Shown: positions 47,501 to 60,334 of the stretch, one piece after another
Position numbering within the stretch: the stretch's first letter is position 1
How the letters are laid out: each line of letters begins with the position of its first letter
Assembly: GCA_039545335.1 (NCBI GenBank)
Contig: BCIN01000004.1
Span: forward strand, 424,925-488,924
Direction of reading: 5' to 3'
From: Kondoa subrosea
Taxonomy: Eukaryota
Length of the DNA: 64,000 nt
Notes under the pieces: model-generated
Databases searched by the model: none
Told to the model about the DNA's origin: nothing
Seen by the model: only the letters and a program-made list of their open reading frames with translations
Position numbers and translations under genes: made by a program

Positions 47501-48136
47501 CACAAAGGGAACCTAAATTGAGGTGTTTGTAAGTTATGGGTACGCCAATATATGCTTGAATGCCCATCTTGGCGGTGGGTGAATTTCTGAAGCGAGGATC
47601 TGCTGACAAATCGTTGACTACCAGAGCTTCGTGGGGTTCGACATTGATCGTATGTCTAAACACAAAAAGATTAGCTTCTGCAATCTTGCATACCAATTGC
47701 AGACGAACGAGCAGATAGAATCCCTTCTACATATGACAGCTCTCGGGACTTTGACAGTGACAGCTCGAGTGAAAACATCGCTATCAACCAGACCTAGTAT
47801 TGCTAATTCGTAGCCAGTCAACAGTGGTGCCAAATCCACAGTTTTCTGCAGACGATCCAAGAGTTCTACATCTCGCGAAAGGCCTTGGGTGAATAGCCAC
47901 AGAGCGTTCAGTCTCTCTTGTTCATCCTTGCTTAACACAGGTTCCAGAAAATCACTGTCGGACTTGGAGCTTGCTTCGCTTGACGAAGGAGAAGGCAGCG
48001 GCCGGAAGCAACCCAAAGGCTTGTCATCTAGCTGGCATCCCAACTCTGGCGTCCCCAAAGAAGCTCGCTCTGCTTCAAAATGATTCGGTACAGAATTTAT
48101 GCCGTTGATATGTTCTTCAGCATTGGCGACTGCCAT
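44579..48136 (-). CDS. Hybrid sensor histidine kinase (GAF-type sensor region, HisKA, HATPase_c, receiver)
   Basis: DEQERLNALW..RRDSIC.HT..LVVNDLSADPRFRNSP..AYIGVPI (GAF), HQLRTPLHGI (H-box), DPTRFKQCLGALITNALDYT (N-box), DSGIG, FQPFQK, SGLGLAIS, LVDDN..MDLEMPVMDGFEATRRIR..YVKP (REC). Confidence 0.92.
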
Positions 48137-48236
48137 TGTCAAGCATAGTAGACTGAGCGTCTCTTCTGTACAGATCGGTCGAGGTATAAGACAGGCGGGA
48201 ATACTATACGAAGTCGCGAAACCAAGAAAGAAAGGC

Positions 48237-49331
48237 ATGGAGTCTGCCACCAAGGTCAGGATTCGACATCTCGATTGTAACGCGAATCTCTTCTCAGTGT
48301 GGTCTAACCGTCTAAGTAGATCTCTCCTTTAATCTATCGCATCTTGGGCCAGAATCCTTCCCCGTTTACTTTGCAGGGTAAGTGCACCTGAAAGAGACGA
48401 AAGTTGTTCTAGCTCAGGAGCAGGACAGGTACCAATACCTATCTCATCGGTCGCTCTCCTCCCTTCATCTTGCTCGATACTGGCGAGGGGATTCCAGCAT
48501 ATTCGGATTTGCTTACTTCGCATCTAGCTTCTGTCCCTAACCCTTCTTCTGTCTCCTTGATATCTGATATTATCTGTGTGCTCTCTTCCATGTTTTCATC
48601 TCGCTTTTGATTGACTGACGAAGCACAGTAAGTCATTGGCATCAAGATCACGTCAACGGTCTTCCATCGGTACTATCATGTTTGAAATCGCTCGGTTCTC
48701 CCTTGCCGCCAGTCCACAAATGGCCAGAACCGTCACGCGATCCAACTTTACCTAACTCATCATCTTACTTTCCATTGAAAGAAGGTCAATCCTTTCCTGT
48801 CACAGGAACAGAGCTTTCGCTACAAGTGATTCATACACCTGGTCATTCTTCAGACTCGATCTCTCTATTACTACCTACCGAAGGTCTCTTCTCAGCGGAC
48901 ACCATCTTAGGTGAAGGCACAGCTGTTTTCGAAGATTTGCGTCTCTATATGAATTCTTTGGATAAATTGTCTTCGGTTTTGCAAGAAACAAATCTGGATC
49001 AGGTCTTTCCTGGACATGGGCCTGTGCGGAAAGATGGACGAGAGCTGATCAAGACATATATCAAAGAACGAACGGAAAGGGAACAACATGTCTTGAAAGC
49101 CTTGACTGAGGAGATGGATCTGATGAGGTGTGTCGATTGTAGCAGCAACCTGATAATTGAACTGATACAATTTATAGCATCACTAAATCTGTTTACGCTG
49201 CACGAAATTTACCAGACAAAGTCCTACCAGCCGCTGCTAGAGGAATCTCACTGCATTTGAAGAAATTAGTCGACGAGAGTAAGGTCAGCCAACAAGGAGA
49301 AAAGTACCGCAAAGTGGCAGCGAAGATGTAA
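48237..49331 (+). CDS. Metallo-beta-lactamase-fold hydrolase, LACTB2-like
   Basis: ILGQNPSPFTLQGTNTYLIG, DTGEG, SHWHQDHVNG (HxHxDH), IHTPGHSSDSI, FSADTILGEGTAVFEDL..YMNSL, FPGHGPV, winged-helix-like tail (HLKKLVDESKV). Ends AAKM*. Confidence 0.9.
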
Positions 49332-49418
49332 ATTACTAATTTAACATACAATTCCCTATGTTCATTACACCGATGCGAAAACATGTAAAACAAAACCATG
49401 ACTCTTCAACCTACACAG

Positions 49419-51525
49419 TTACTCAACAGATTGTAGAAACTCCCATCGATCTTGGCATCTTGTCTTTCCTTTGTTTCGAACTAATTCTTCCCATCCTTTC
49501 CCTGGCTTCTCTTTCCCATATTTCGCTCGAATCAACTTATCTTCCGCTTTCGTCCAGAAGCCTTTCCTCAGGTTTCTTCTTTGCTTCTTAGTCCTAGCAC
49601 TCGCTGCCTTTTCATAGATCTTGATGAGCTTCTCACTGCCAGAAAAGTGGTAATATAGATTCAACCGTTTCAAAGCGAATTCAACATTGGTAAGAAAGCC
49701 AAAACAGATTTCATGTCTGATCATGAGAGGATGACTTGAAGTTACTGAATTGAAGACGGGTTCGAAGTCCTCGTCGTCTTGACCAGAAGAAGAAGATTCC
49801 GTTTCAGATTCTGCAACAACGGCTTCCTTAGATGTTGAAGCCCTAGAAGCGGTTTTCTTGGTGTTCGACCTAGGTGCAGCAGCAGCGGACTTGGATTTTG
49901 GCTTCTCTACAGGCTCTTGCTCTTCTTCTTCGGCTTGTATATCACTAGCTAACTCGTCTTCCTCTTCATCTTCTTCAGGAGTGGGAACTCGTTTCCTTTT
50001 CTTCCCTTTACCTCGATTAGGGTATTGGTGAATTTCCAAAACCCCTTCATTCTCTTCTTCTTCTTCTTGATGTTGAGCTTCTCCCCGATCAATAGGCGCA
50101 CTCTTGCTTTTGCTTTTGGTCTTGCTCCGACTCTTACCTCGAGCGCTCCTACTCCCTGAAGCTGATTGTCTTCTTTTCCGATCCTTTTCTTCTGCTAAAG
50201 CTATTTTTTGCGATACTGTCAATTCCTCCTCTTCTCCTTCGACTTCATCTTGTGCTTGATCGTCATTTTCTGATACAGGAGGAAGAGGTTGAGCTGAAGG
50301 TGTGCGTTGAGCAGATGATTTCGATACCGGTTTAGGATGTGCTTGAGAAGTGTTGGTGCTAGGTTCTGCTCTAGCTTGCTCAGGTTCTAGCAGCGGCGGT
50401 TCTTCCATCTCGACTTCTTCAACAGGCTCAGTATTAGGTTGACGTGTTCCAGAATCATTAGCTATAGCAGGTTCTGTTTTAATCTCTTCTGCTTCATCAG
50501 CAAGTTCGGAACCTTCTGAAGTCCTGGGCAGTTTAGAAGTACTTGCGATCGGAGGCATTATTACATCTCGAGCCTGAGTTTGAGCCTGAGTTTGGGTTTG
50601 AGTATCATCTTCATCCATCAAAGCTGAAATATCTTCATTCCCAATCTTTTGGGCCGGTTGTCCAACTTTCGACTTGATATGGTCCAACCAGGTTTCTTGA
50701 CTCTCTTCTTCCTCGTCATCTGACAAATCAGATCCTCCTACAGAATAAGGATTTACTGAAGGTCGAATAGTTGTATCGTTATCTTCCTCCCTTGGAGTAG
50801 GTAATGAAGGAGCAAGGGACTGAGCTCGAGGAGCAGGTATTTCGGTAGGTTGAGATTGAACAGCAGGAGACGATTGACGACGTCGACTGATCCGATAGTT
50901 CTTATCAAGTTTGATAGTAGGCTTTTGAGCTGTTTTGCTACCAATCATTTTTCCTTTGCCCTTGTAAGCAGCAGCTGGAGGAAGAGGAGCTGTAGGTGCA
51001 GCTACCAGGTTTTGTTCGACTTCTTCATCTGAAGTTGGGTGATCTGCATCTTCGGCTGGAACTGGCTTGGAAGGGGAAGAAGAGTATTTGATCGGTTTCT
51101 TAGGTGAAGAGAAAGTAGTTGCTCTACTTCCAGAAGGCCGAGTCTTCCTTCGTCTAATTGTATTCAAGTCAATCACAATGGCCATACTTGAGACAACAAC
51201 AGACACACTTCGCAGGCTGCTCTTCCTCATCCTCGTCATCCTCATCGAATGCAGTGCTCCCTCTTCTAGGCACACTATCGCTCTTCTTCACTTTCACGAC
51301 ATAATTCTTTGCTTTCGCTTTGGCAGCTTCCCCAACTTTAGGGTCTTTGACAGTCAAATCAACCACAGCTCTGTTCTTGTTGTGCAGATTCCTCCATGAC
51401 TGCTTTTTCCCACCATGGTGTTTAACGCAGTAATCCAAAGCATCGTTTAGGCTCTGATGATTGAGTGTCAATGCTTCAGCCAACAGCACGAATTTGTTGT
51501 CAGGGAAGAGCTCTCTCTTGCCCAT
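49419..51525 (-). CDS. Rap1/TERF2IP-like protein: N-terminal Myb-like unit, long acidic linker, C-terminal RCT-like domain
   Basis: N-terminal ...KQSWRNLHNKN resembles the Rap1 Myb QSWR signature. C-terminal GFWTKAEDKLI...EELVRNKGKTRCQDRWEFL resembles Rap1_C. One intron at about 51146-51197. Confidence 0.6.
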
Positions 51526-51813
51526 ACTTGTAGCGCTGCAGGAATAGAGGAGGCGAGGAATATTTGTTCTGTACGGTATGGTTTAAGAACAACGCTGTCT
51601 TTCCAAACTTGGACGTGACTACACGCCAAACTCGCGCGAAATGCATTTGTGGTGCATCAAAGCAGCAATGTCATATGACACCAGATTTCGGACTAAGACT
51701 TTGACTACGCGACCTAGATGACAAACTCTTCAATCCCAATACCTGTACTCATTTCATGCATCCGCCAGTCTAAAGAAACATCAGTACCATTAAGACAAGA
51801 CTGCTGTGCAATC

Positions 51814-53828
51814 CTACTCTTCGATAGATGAAGGGAAATTGAAAGTGTTCTCAGGGTCCAGAGTCTTCTTCAGAGCAGCCAGCTTCTCATAGTGTGGACC
51901 ATAGTAGAGATGTTTCCCTATCGGTCATGTAAATATATGTATTTACGAAGAAAAGCAATACAAACAGTCATCGTTTTGTTTCATCACCGAGTCGTCAATA
52001 TAATTTAAATAAAGCCTGCCAATGAGGTTCAGATTTTGACAGGTAAAAGGCACAGGAGAAGCTCACCCATACTCCCAGCCAGCGGGAGCTTTGTCAAGGA
52101 TAGTATTGACCATGTCATCAAGAAAAGTCAATCCATCTTCAGGGTAAGGAGGTTCTTTCTTTGAGCTTGAAGCATAGAACTGAATAGTAAAAAGAGCGTC
52201 TCGTTTACCGAACGCGGTGTCGTCGATTGAGACAGCATTCGTAGCTGAGTTGGCACCTCCCTTCAGGTATACACTGTCAACATTGAAAAACACGGGGAGT
52301 GCTCAGCTTACATAAAGTTCGCATTGCACGAACCATTGCTAAGAGAATTGATCAGTACTAAACAAAGCGATAAGTCGAATCTAAGGCCTACCAGATCTGA
52401 TTTCTGTCCGACTGTAGTCATGTAGGTGACGAATGCTTCTATCTGCTCAGCAGTCATTGGAGCATTCTCCGGTGTCATCAAGCTCTTGGCATAGAAGGTA
52501 TCGAAACTATGGTCGTCTAATGAGTCTCGCTCGAATCGACGAGAACATGCTCAGACTCACGTATCAGGAGCCAAAGTAGTATCAAGCTGTCCTCCGCCGG
52601 TACCAGTAGCTTCTTTCAACCAAGTTCCGTTTGATAGCTTGATCTCATAAGGTGTAGGTAAAGTGGAAAGGAAAGGTTCAACAGTCTTTGCGTAATCCGC
52701 TGTTGGTCCATAAAAGGCGCCACCCCAAGTAACTTGCACTTTGCCTTCTGTATTGAAGTCAGAAAGTCTCACAGTCTTATAGATGAGAAAGAACACGAAC
52801 CACCACTGTCATGGGCGAAGTTAACGTTCCCATTTAGAGCTGCAGGGTTTCTTTCATCGTATGCAAATGTTTGGAAAGAAGTTAGAACAGCAGCAGCTTC
52901 TTTCGCTTCAAGATACCAAACGTAATAGAATCCGCTGACTTCTACTCGACAGTTGGAAAGCATAGTCATGAGCAAAAAAAGATGTTGTATCTAGAGGCTT
53001 TTGACCCATCTTCTGGCATAGGCTGAGTATTGAAGGTGATAGCCGTGGGGATAGCAAAACTTCCGCCGGCACCGCGCAAAGCCCAGAAAAGCTTTGTTGG
53101 AATAGTTAGATGACATAGGCTAATCAGACGCGATACACACATCTGGGTACTGTTCCTTGCTCGCAGTGAATGTAGTACCATTCGCTAATACTCCGTCGAT
53201 AGAATCGATGGTGTCGATAGTCAACCCATACAGGCGTGAGATGAAGCCGCGCCCGCCGGAAGCAGCATGTCTACCGATTCCGACATATCTAGATAGACAA
53301 TCAGATTAGATGGATTGCACCTACACCTAATAAAGATAGCGGAGGAGACGGACGGGCAAGATCCGGCAGGGATAATTCGCTTCTTCTGAGACATGTTAAG
53401 GTAGATATCCCCCAATCTGTTTCCAGCTTCGATAGTGACTTTGCTGTCATCTTCGTTGAAAGTGATGCCTTTGAGTTTTTGTAAATCGATAACCAGGGCT
53501 CCATCTTTCCCGCCGAGACCGTTGGCGATGTAAGAATGACCACCAGATTCTGACAGGCTTTCTGAGCAAGAACAATAGGGAAGGGACTCTGTTTCTTACT
53601 GGCAGAGACTGTCAAGCCGGCTTGATGTTCTTGAGCTACAGCTTGAGCTACCTCTGAAGCATTGTTAGGCTGAACGATAGCAGCAGGTTTCCACTGGAAG
53701 CGTCTGTTGAAAAGCGCAGATAAAGATGCATAGCCTGGAGAATCGGGATACGTGATATTGAGAGTAGAGCCTTCGAGGGGCTTCTGAGCGAATACTGGCA
53801 GGATCGCTAGCAAGAATAGAGAAATCAT
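51814..53828 (-). CDS. Secreted FAD-linked berberine-bridge-like oxidase (CAZy AA7, glucooligosaccharide oxidase-like)
   Basis: Signal peptide MISLFLLAILPVFAQ, KPAAIVQP, SGGHSY, PAGSCP, LFWALRGAGGSF, BBE tail YLNYIDD..YYGPHYEKLAALKKTLDPENTFNFPSSI. Confidence 0.92.
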
Positions 53829-54106
53829 TGCGAGCTGAGTTGATCAGAGGGCAAAAAGGCAGTGCTAACAGGAACAGCTAGGAACCACACGATACAGCCA
53901 AGCATTTTAGTATTACAGAAGTAACAAGAAGAAGAATTGCATGAAAACTGGAAAAGAACGGATTTCCAGCTCAAAGAAAAGAGTCCTTGCGAGGTCGTGT
54001 ACATTACGTACTGTTGCAGAATCCGAGCCATATGCACACTCAACTGCAGGAGTAGCACATTCAAGACATCGTTTCAAGATAAGAGACATATCGATATCTG
54101 AGTAAC

Positions 54107-54140
54107 TTGCAAGCTTGCGCAAGCTGCGCAAGCTGCGCAA
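54107..54140. repeat. Short tandem repeat (GCGCAAGCT-like, about 3-4 units) between the sedolisin stop and the AA7 start
   Basis: ttgcaagcttgcgcaagctgcgcaagctgcgcaa read directly. Contains the palindrome TTGCGCAA. Confidence 0.75.
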
Positions 54141-54286
54141 TGAAAGTCCCCCAAGAACAAGATACACATAGCATCTTTACGATTGATTGTATTTACAAGC
54201 TTTTGCTAATGAATGGACAGAGCTCCTTTGGACCTCATATATTGACAATTGTCTATATTCTTTCTTCTTTGCCTTTCTACGACATT

Positions 54287-56874
54287 TTAATTAGAAGTGC
54301 ACCAGTAGTCAAGCATCTTCTGGAAGTTTGGTGTACCAACTATAAATATAGTTGAGTGTTTCGCACAACGACGGTCACAAATTGGGACCTTACATCCAGT
54401 CACAGCGTCCCAACCTTCTGTTGCTGGGAAGCCCGTGGTGTTGCAACCCTGAGAGGCGCCGGAGGTCTACGGGAGGGCGGATTAGTTTGTATGATAGGTC
54501 AAAAACAATTCCACTGACGATATCGTTTAGAGCTTTGTATCCTTTACTGTAGAGAAGAGGATTCTAGTAATGTACATGAGCATTAGAAGACAGACTTTGA
54601 GCTAAATGAGACTCACCAAAAAGCCCAGAGTCGATTTATTTTGCGACAAAAGATGATCGTTGATCAAAGTCACAACCGATGCAAACATAGGAGTGGCAGC
54701 CGAAGTTCCATCGACGGGAAGGTCTGTTCCGTTCCAGTAGATCTTGTAATCTTGACCCTGAGCAGCTACATCCGGAATAGCTCGACCAGATGCATTGTAG
54801 AGACCAGAGTGTAAGTTTCCAATCTTGGCAAGATAGCCTTCGACAGGATACTTCTGGTAGTCGGGTCTAGGGAAATACTAAGGCAGTACAGACAGAAAGG
54901 CATGAGCGAACGGTATACTACTGAAGAGACTGTCGACATACATTACTGAAGCCGCCTAAGTACAGCCAGTCAGTGAGGTTACGAGGATCCCGAAAAGTTA
55001 AGCATACCGCCTGAGTAGAAGGTGAACTGGGAGTTTGTATCATTTGCTGCTACTTCAGGTGCAAAGTTCTTCGTCGCGCCAACAGAAGTCACGTATGCTA
55101 AAGTTGAGAGGTCAGTAGGTTTCGAAGTCTGGTGAGTGAAGACCAATTACGGCTACAAATGTCACCTCAGTATTTTACGAATTTGAACGCAGAAGAAGTA
55201 CATACCATGTGCTAGGGAATTCTGGCAAAAACGTAGGAGTATTGGTTCCGTCATTCGTGAAGCAATCACCGTCAGTACCAACACCATTGTCTCCCTAAAA
55301 TAAACGCTGGTCAGAGGTGACTTCCGGTCCAAGGAAATCATTTACGGAGGCAAAGAAGAGAGAAGATCCTCGAGCACCAATTTGAGCGAAGCCAGAGCAT
55401 ACACGTTTGGCGTAAGAGTAAGGTACAGTTTGCTCATCGTCATCGTAACTAGTAGTAATGACACCTGGAAGAGAGCTTAATCCGAGAGCTGGACAGTGAC
55501 AAAGCAGAGATTTGAGCTAATGCAATTGCTGTCGAGGACACTCTTGACGTACCGTAGTTGATGAAGTCAATATAGGGCTCATTGGTGTCTAGTAATTAAA
55601 GGCGAAGGAAGTGAGCTAGAGGGATTAGATCCATTAGACACTAACTCACTTGTAGGTGTGAGTAAATCTGGCTTATATTCTTCTGCCATACCGCCGGTCG
55701 AGACGAAGGTAACAGGAGTGGGGTAGGTGAAGCCAACAACCTGAGGAAGCTTTCAGTCGAGCTGGGCAAGCGAGATTGGCAAACTCACAGTCTGGATGTC
55801 CAGGTTGGCTTCGATACCGGTTCCATTTGCCAGATCGCTCTGAAAGAGAGAGTAAGTATGCAACACGCGTATACAACGACCAGGCTTACAGCAGTCAGGG
55901 TTTGACGGTTATTACCACCGTTTACATTCTGCTCGTGGAAGTAGTAGCCCTCGGCAGCAGGTCTCTCATCCGCTCTAGTAAGAAGCAATGTCGCAAATCA
56001 GATTGCTGTTGCGTGATTATTGTTGAAAGACGTACAAATACAGCTGCAAATCGGAACGAATGGCAGTTTCGTTCAAGTAGCCAGTGACAAAGATGCTATT
56101 GCGGTCTGAGCATTTGGGTACGTAGTTGATAGTGCCATAGCTGAGCACAATGAGACATTAGTTGGCGACTAGAAAAGGGAAAGTACCGAAAACTCACAAG
56201 GTACGCAAGCATTCCAAAGTGACTAGAGAAGTATTGCACAAACCGTTGACGTACAGAGGTGCTTGATCATCAGCATCGACTGGTGCAGCCAAGGCATACT
56301 TCAGCTGCGAACGGAGTGCTTTGGTGCCGGGGAAGTAAGTAGTAGGCGTGACCAAATCGACATGCTCGTGTAAGAACTGGGGCAGAGAGTAGCGCTCAGT
56401 TCGGACCACAGTATCGCCAGTGACGGCATGCCGGTAAAGCGAGTACTTGGTGTCGAGCAGACGCTCCGCGACTGAAATTGGTAGGGACAGATGGATCCAA
56501 TCTTCTCCCTCTGACATGCCGCCATGGGCTGGGTCGATACCATGGGAGAAGAGCCAGTCGTGGGCAGCGCTGACTGATTCTTTAGAAGGTGCGATATGAG
56601 CTAATACCTCTTGCTGAGACAGATGTTGACCATAGCGAGAGGAAGCCGGGTCAGACACAGCGTAGAGGTCTTCGAACAGAGCATCTTCATTTGCTTGTTT
56701 CAGACCGATGCGCAAAGCGATAAGCTGATCTTGGGGAGCATCTGCTACACGAACCCAAGCAGGTGGAGCTGTGAAGGTTTCTTTGACAGATGGAGCCCAG
56801 TTGCGCTTGGCCAAAGATGGTCTGGCATCGGCACCGAGCGATAGAAGAGCTACCAGAAGAAGGGAGACTTTCAT
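54287..56874 (-). CDS. Secreted tripeptidyl-peptidase / sedolisin (peptidase S53) with pro-kumamolisin domain
   Basis: Signal peptide, LRIGLKQ, VSDPASSRYGQHLS, IEANLDIQ (E..D catalytic pair), NEPYIDF, ASGDNGVG, FPSTCPYVTSVGAT, GRAIPDVAAQG, DGTSAATP (catalytic Ser), GWDAVTG.GTPNF. Confidence 0.95.
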
Positions 56875-57535
56875 TCTTGCGATTCGATATGGAAAGTGCT
56901 GGGAAGAAAGGAAAGAAGTTAAGGCGATAGAACTAAAGCGGAGAGCCGCATGATGAGAAACCCCATTTAGCTTTGCATCCTTTTAGATTGATTCTACTTT
57001 TTTTATCAGGATGGTCAGAGTCAACGGCGCGGTCCTGAGTTTGCTTACCTGCAAATATCCGTCTAAGCTAATAGACCAGTGGGATGCAGCCATTACGAAA
57101 TTGCGCGTTGTCTACGGCTTCGCAGAGCAGTCTGTCGAGATAAAGCGTTATTACGTAAGCAAGATCTTTCGTAAGACGAGGGCTGTCTTTCGAATGCAAG
57201 AATCCGTAGTACTGAAGTGAGCCGCATTGATAGTAACGAGACAGAGCGAGTGTCCTTAGAGTTGGTGGTTGTTTCTAGACTCGTAAAGTTTCGACACTTC
57301 TGCAATCATCGCGTTTGCCGTCTCGGCTTGCATCGCTTCGCTTTTGCACAGATTGGCCTCTTCTCATACCAAGCGACGTGCCAATATGTGCTGCGTTGTC
57401 CTCGAGAGGAGAGCCAAGCTCGGCCGACCCCGAGTCACTGGCAGAGCTATATGCCGTTTGCACGCGTTCACCCTTTCCCTGTTCCTCTGCTTCTTCTGAT
57501 CTCCACTTTTCTCTGCTTGCGAACCACTAATTACT

Positions 57536-60334
57536 ATGGAAGCCACTACAGAAGCGGATCTGATCACTCGACAAGAAAATATCGATGTCCTACCCCGTGA
57601 AGCTGGCACTATCGCCCGCTCGCCTACAGAGATATCGAAGAACGAGAAAGGAGATCTGAATGAATCTGCTAAGCCTGAAAGTGCTGCGCAACCTGTGCTG
57701 GACGAGAGCAAGCTTCTGACTGGAAGGAAACTGTTTTTTGCTTTCATCGGTAAGTGCATACTGACGTGCGGTCCATATGGATCATCTGCTCAAGAATTAT
57801 CAAGGCATGCTCATGGCGATTCTTCTTATTGCGCTGGACCAAAGTGAGCTATTACAGATCAAAGGATAGTGGTACTTGCTGATCTCCTGCACAGCTATTC
57901 TTTCGCCTGCTCTTGGCCCGAGTACGGCAAGAGTTCCTCATCAATAGCAATCCTGTCACTCATCTCTTGCTGTCGTAGTTTCGTCTGCTTTCGATGCACT
58001 GGACAAAATCGGCTGGATCGTCTCTGGCTATTTCTTAACTCAAGCCGCTTTTATTCTATCCTATGGTCAACTGCTTCTAATATTCGACAGACGATTAGTG
58101 TTTCTTTCCGCTATACTTTGGTTTGAAGCGGGTTCAGCATTATGTGGTGCAGCTCCGACAGTTGAAGCATTGATAGCTGGTCGAGCTATTGCCGGTGTTG
58201 GAGCTGTGAGAAACGATGTCGGCCATAATGTAGACATCGCTGATCTATCGACTCGAATCAGGCTGGGATCTTCGTTTCGGTACTTTCGATCATTGGCGAA
58301 GTCACTCGATTAGAAGACAGGCCGATGCTCCTCGGTTCCTTTGGTGCAGTCTTTGGCGTATCATCAGTAATTGGCCCGCTTTTGGGCGGAGTATTCACCG
58401 GTGAGTATTTTATGCACAAGGTTGGGTCTCCTTAATAGCTGAACCTTTGCCAGATCATGCGACATGGTGAGTCAGCTTACCTGAGAGTGTCCATCTGCTC
58501 ACACCGATGCGTAGGCGATGGTGTTTCTTTGTGCGTTGTGAGGAATTATAATTAGACATCGCTGATAGTTTGGACAGATCAATCTGCCTGTCGGCGCTAT
58601 CACTGTTAGCAGACTCAAATCTCCTCATTACGACTGCTGAAGTGTAACGCAGATTATCTCCATTATTTTCCTCATTCCTGCTTCACCTGCTCCGCCTCTT
58701 GAAAAACATATCGTTGAAGGCGTCAAAAGGCGCTGGGCCTTCTTCACTCGCGGCAAATGGTGTCCTCGAGAGGGCACTGTTCTATTCAAGATTGCAAGTT
58801 TGGACTTCATCGGCGCGCTTTTGATGCTGGGAATCGTTACAAGTCTGGTCTTGGTGTTGCAATTCGGAGGCATTACAAAGCCATGGAGCGAGTGAGTTGC
58901 TTGAAGTTGGTTCGAGCATTCCTCATGTGAGACAGCCCAACTATCATTGGTCTTTTTGTCTGCATTGCTGGTCTCATCGGCGTACTTCTAATATATGAAC
59001 ACTGGTTTGCTGGATTCTCGCAAGTACTACCTCTTCGATACTTCAAGGACAGAACGATTGTTGGCGCATGTATTATCAGTTTTGCTTGCATGTTCTCCCT
59101 TTTGCTTGGTGCATACTACTGTAAGCACCTCCATGTCAAAGACGTCCTTTGCTGACTATAGCTCAGTGCCACTATATTACCGTATGTGCGATTTTGGCTT
59201 GTTCTTCGTCTATACTGACTTCTTTGTCCTCAGAAACCACCTACCATCAAAGCGCTACCAAATCTGGAATCTCTATAGTACCTTTCATGTCAGGATTTCT
59301 CCCTGAACCTGCATTTGTCATTAACTTCGATTTTTAGGTTGTTACTGGTAGCAGGTTCGGGAATCTCTGGTGTTGCTGTTTCTAAGACAGGAGCATATTG
59401 GCCTTGGTTGTTCTTCGCTCCTTGTCTTTGGGCTGCTGGCAGCGGAATGCTTTACACCATAAGTTCGCATGAAAGCAAAGGTTTCGTTACTGGCGGACAG
59501 GTACTCTTTGCTCTTGGGTAAATAGTTTCTCTCCAGTCTGCTACATGTATTGAATGCTCTGCCGTAGTATCGGATTAATCTTCCAGTAAGCTTTGAATTA
59601 TCTTAAGAACCAAATCTCGATGCTGATAATTTTTTAGGCAAACAGGTGCGCACTTCGTCCTGCCTGTAGTTCCATATGTGCTGAGTGCTGACTGAGTATA
59701 CAGTGATAATTGTCCAGGCCAACGTGCCACAGAAAGACATTCCGCCGGCGACGGCTCTGTTGTCTTTGATACAGTATATGCCTTCTTTTGATGCTTCTAT
59801 GTCAGACTAATGAGTATGTCTAGGCTGCTAGGCGGAACAATCGGGATAGCTATTAGCCAATCAGGTAACTTTTTCTCCTGGTTCATGTGTGATTTATCTT
59901 ATTGACGACTCGATAGTCTTCGCCAACGGCTTGAGACAGAACCTCGAAAAATACGCACCTACATCTAATATCAATGCTCTTGTTGCTGCTGCAGCTAATG
60001 TGTGGAAAGATGATATTGTAAGTCAAGCGTCTCTTCAGTCAAAATTTCCTTCTTTACTCATTGTTTGCTTCTAGACTCCCGCCGATATTAGACCGGGCGT
60101 GATCGAAGGCAAGTACTTTTCTGCCATAAAGACCGAGTCCTGATCATGATATCTAGCCTTTGCCCGCTCCTTGGGTCGCTGCTTCATCATCGGAGTTCCT
60201 CTTGCCGGCATCGTCATCATCGCTGCGTTATTCATCAAGAGAACAAGTGAGTTGATTCGCGTGTATACAGCTCGGGCTAATCATAATAATGAACAGATAT
60301 CAAGGGGAAGAAAATAGAAATGGTCGCTGCCTAG
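57536..60334 (+). CDS. MFS drug:H+ antiporter, DHA2 (14-TMS) family
   Basis: LLTGRKLFFAFIGMLMAILLIALDQ, LFYPMVN-frame [78 protein letters not shown]. Confidence 0.92.
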
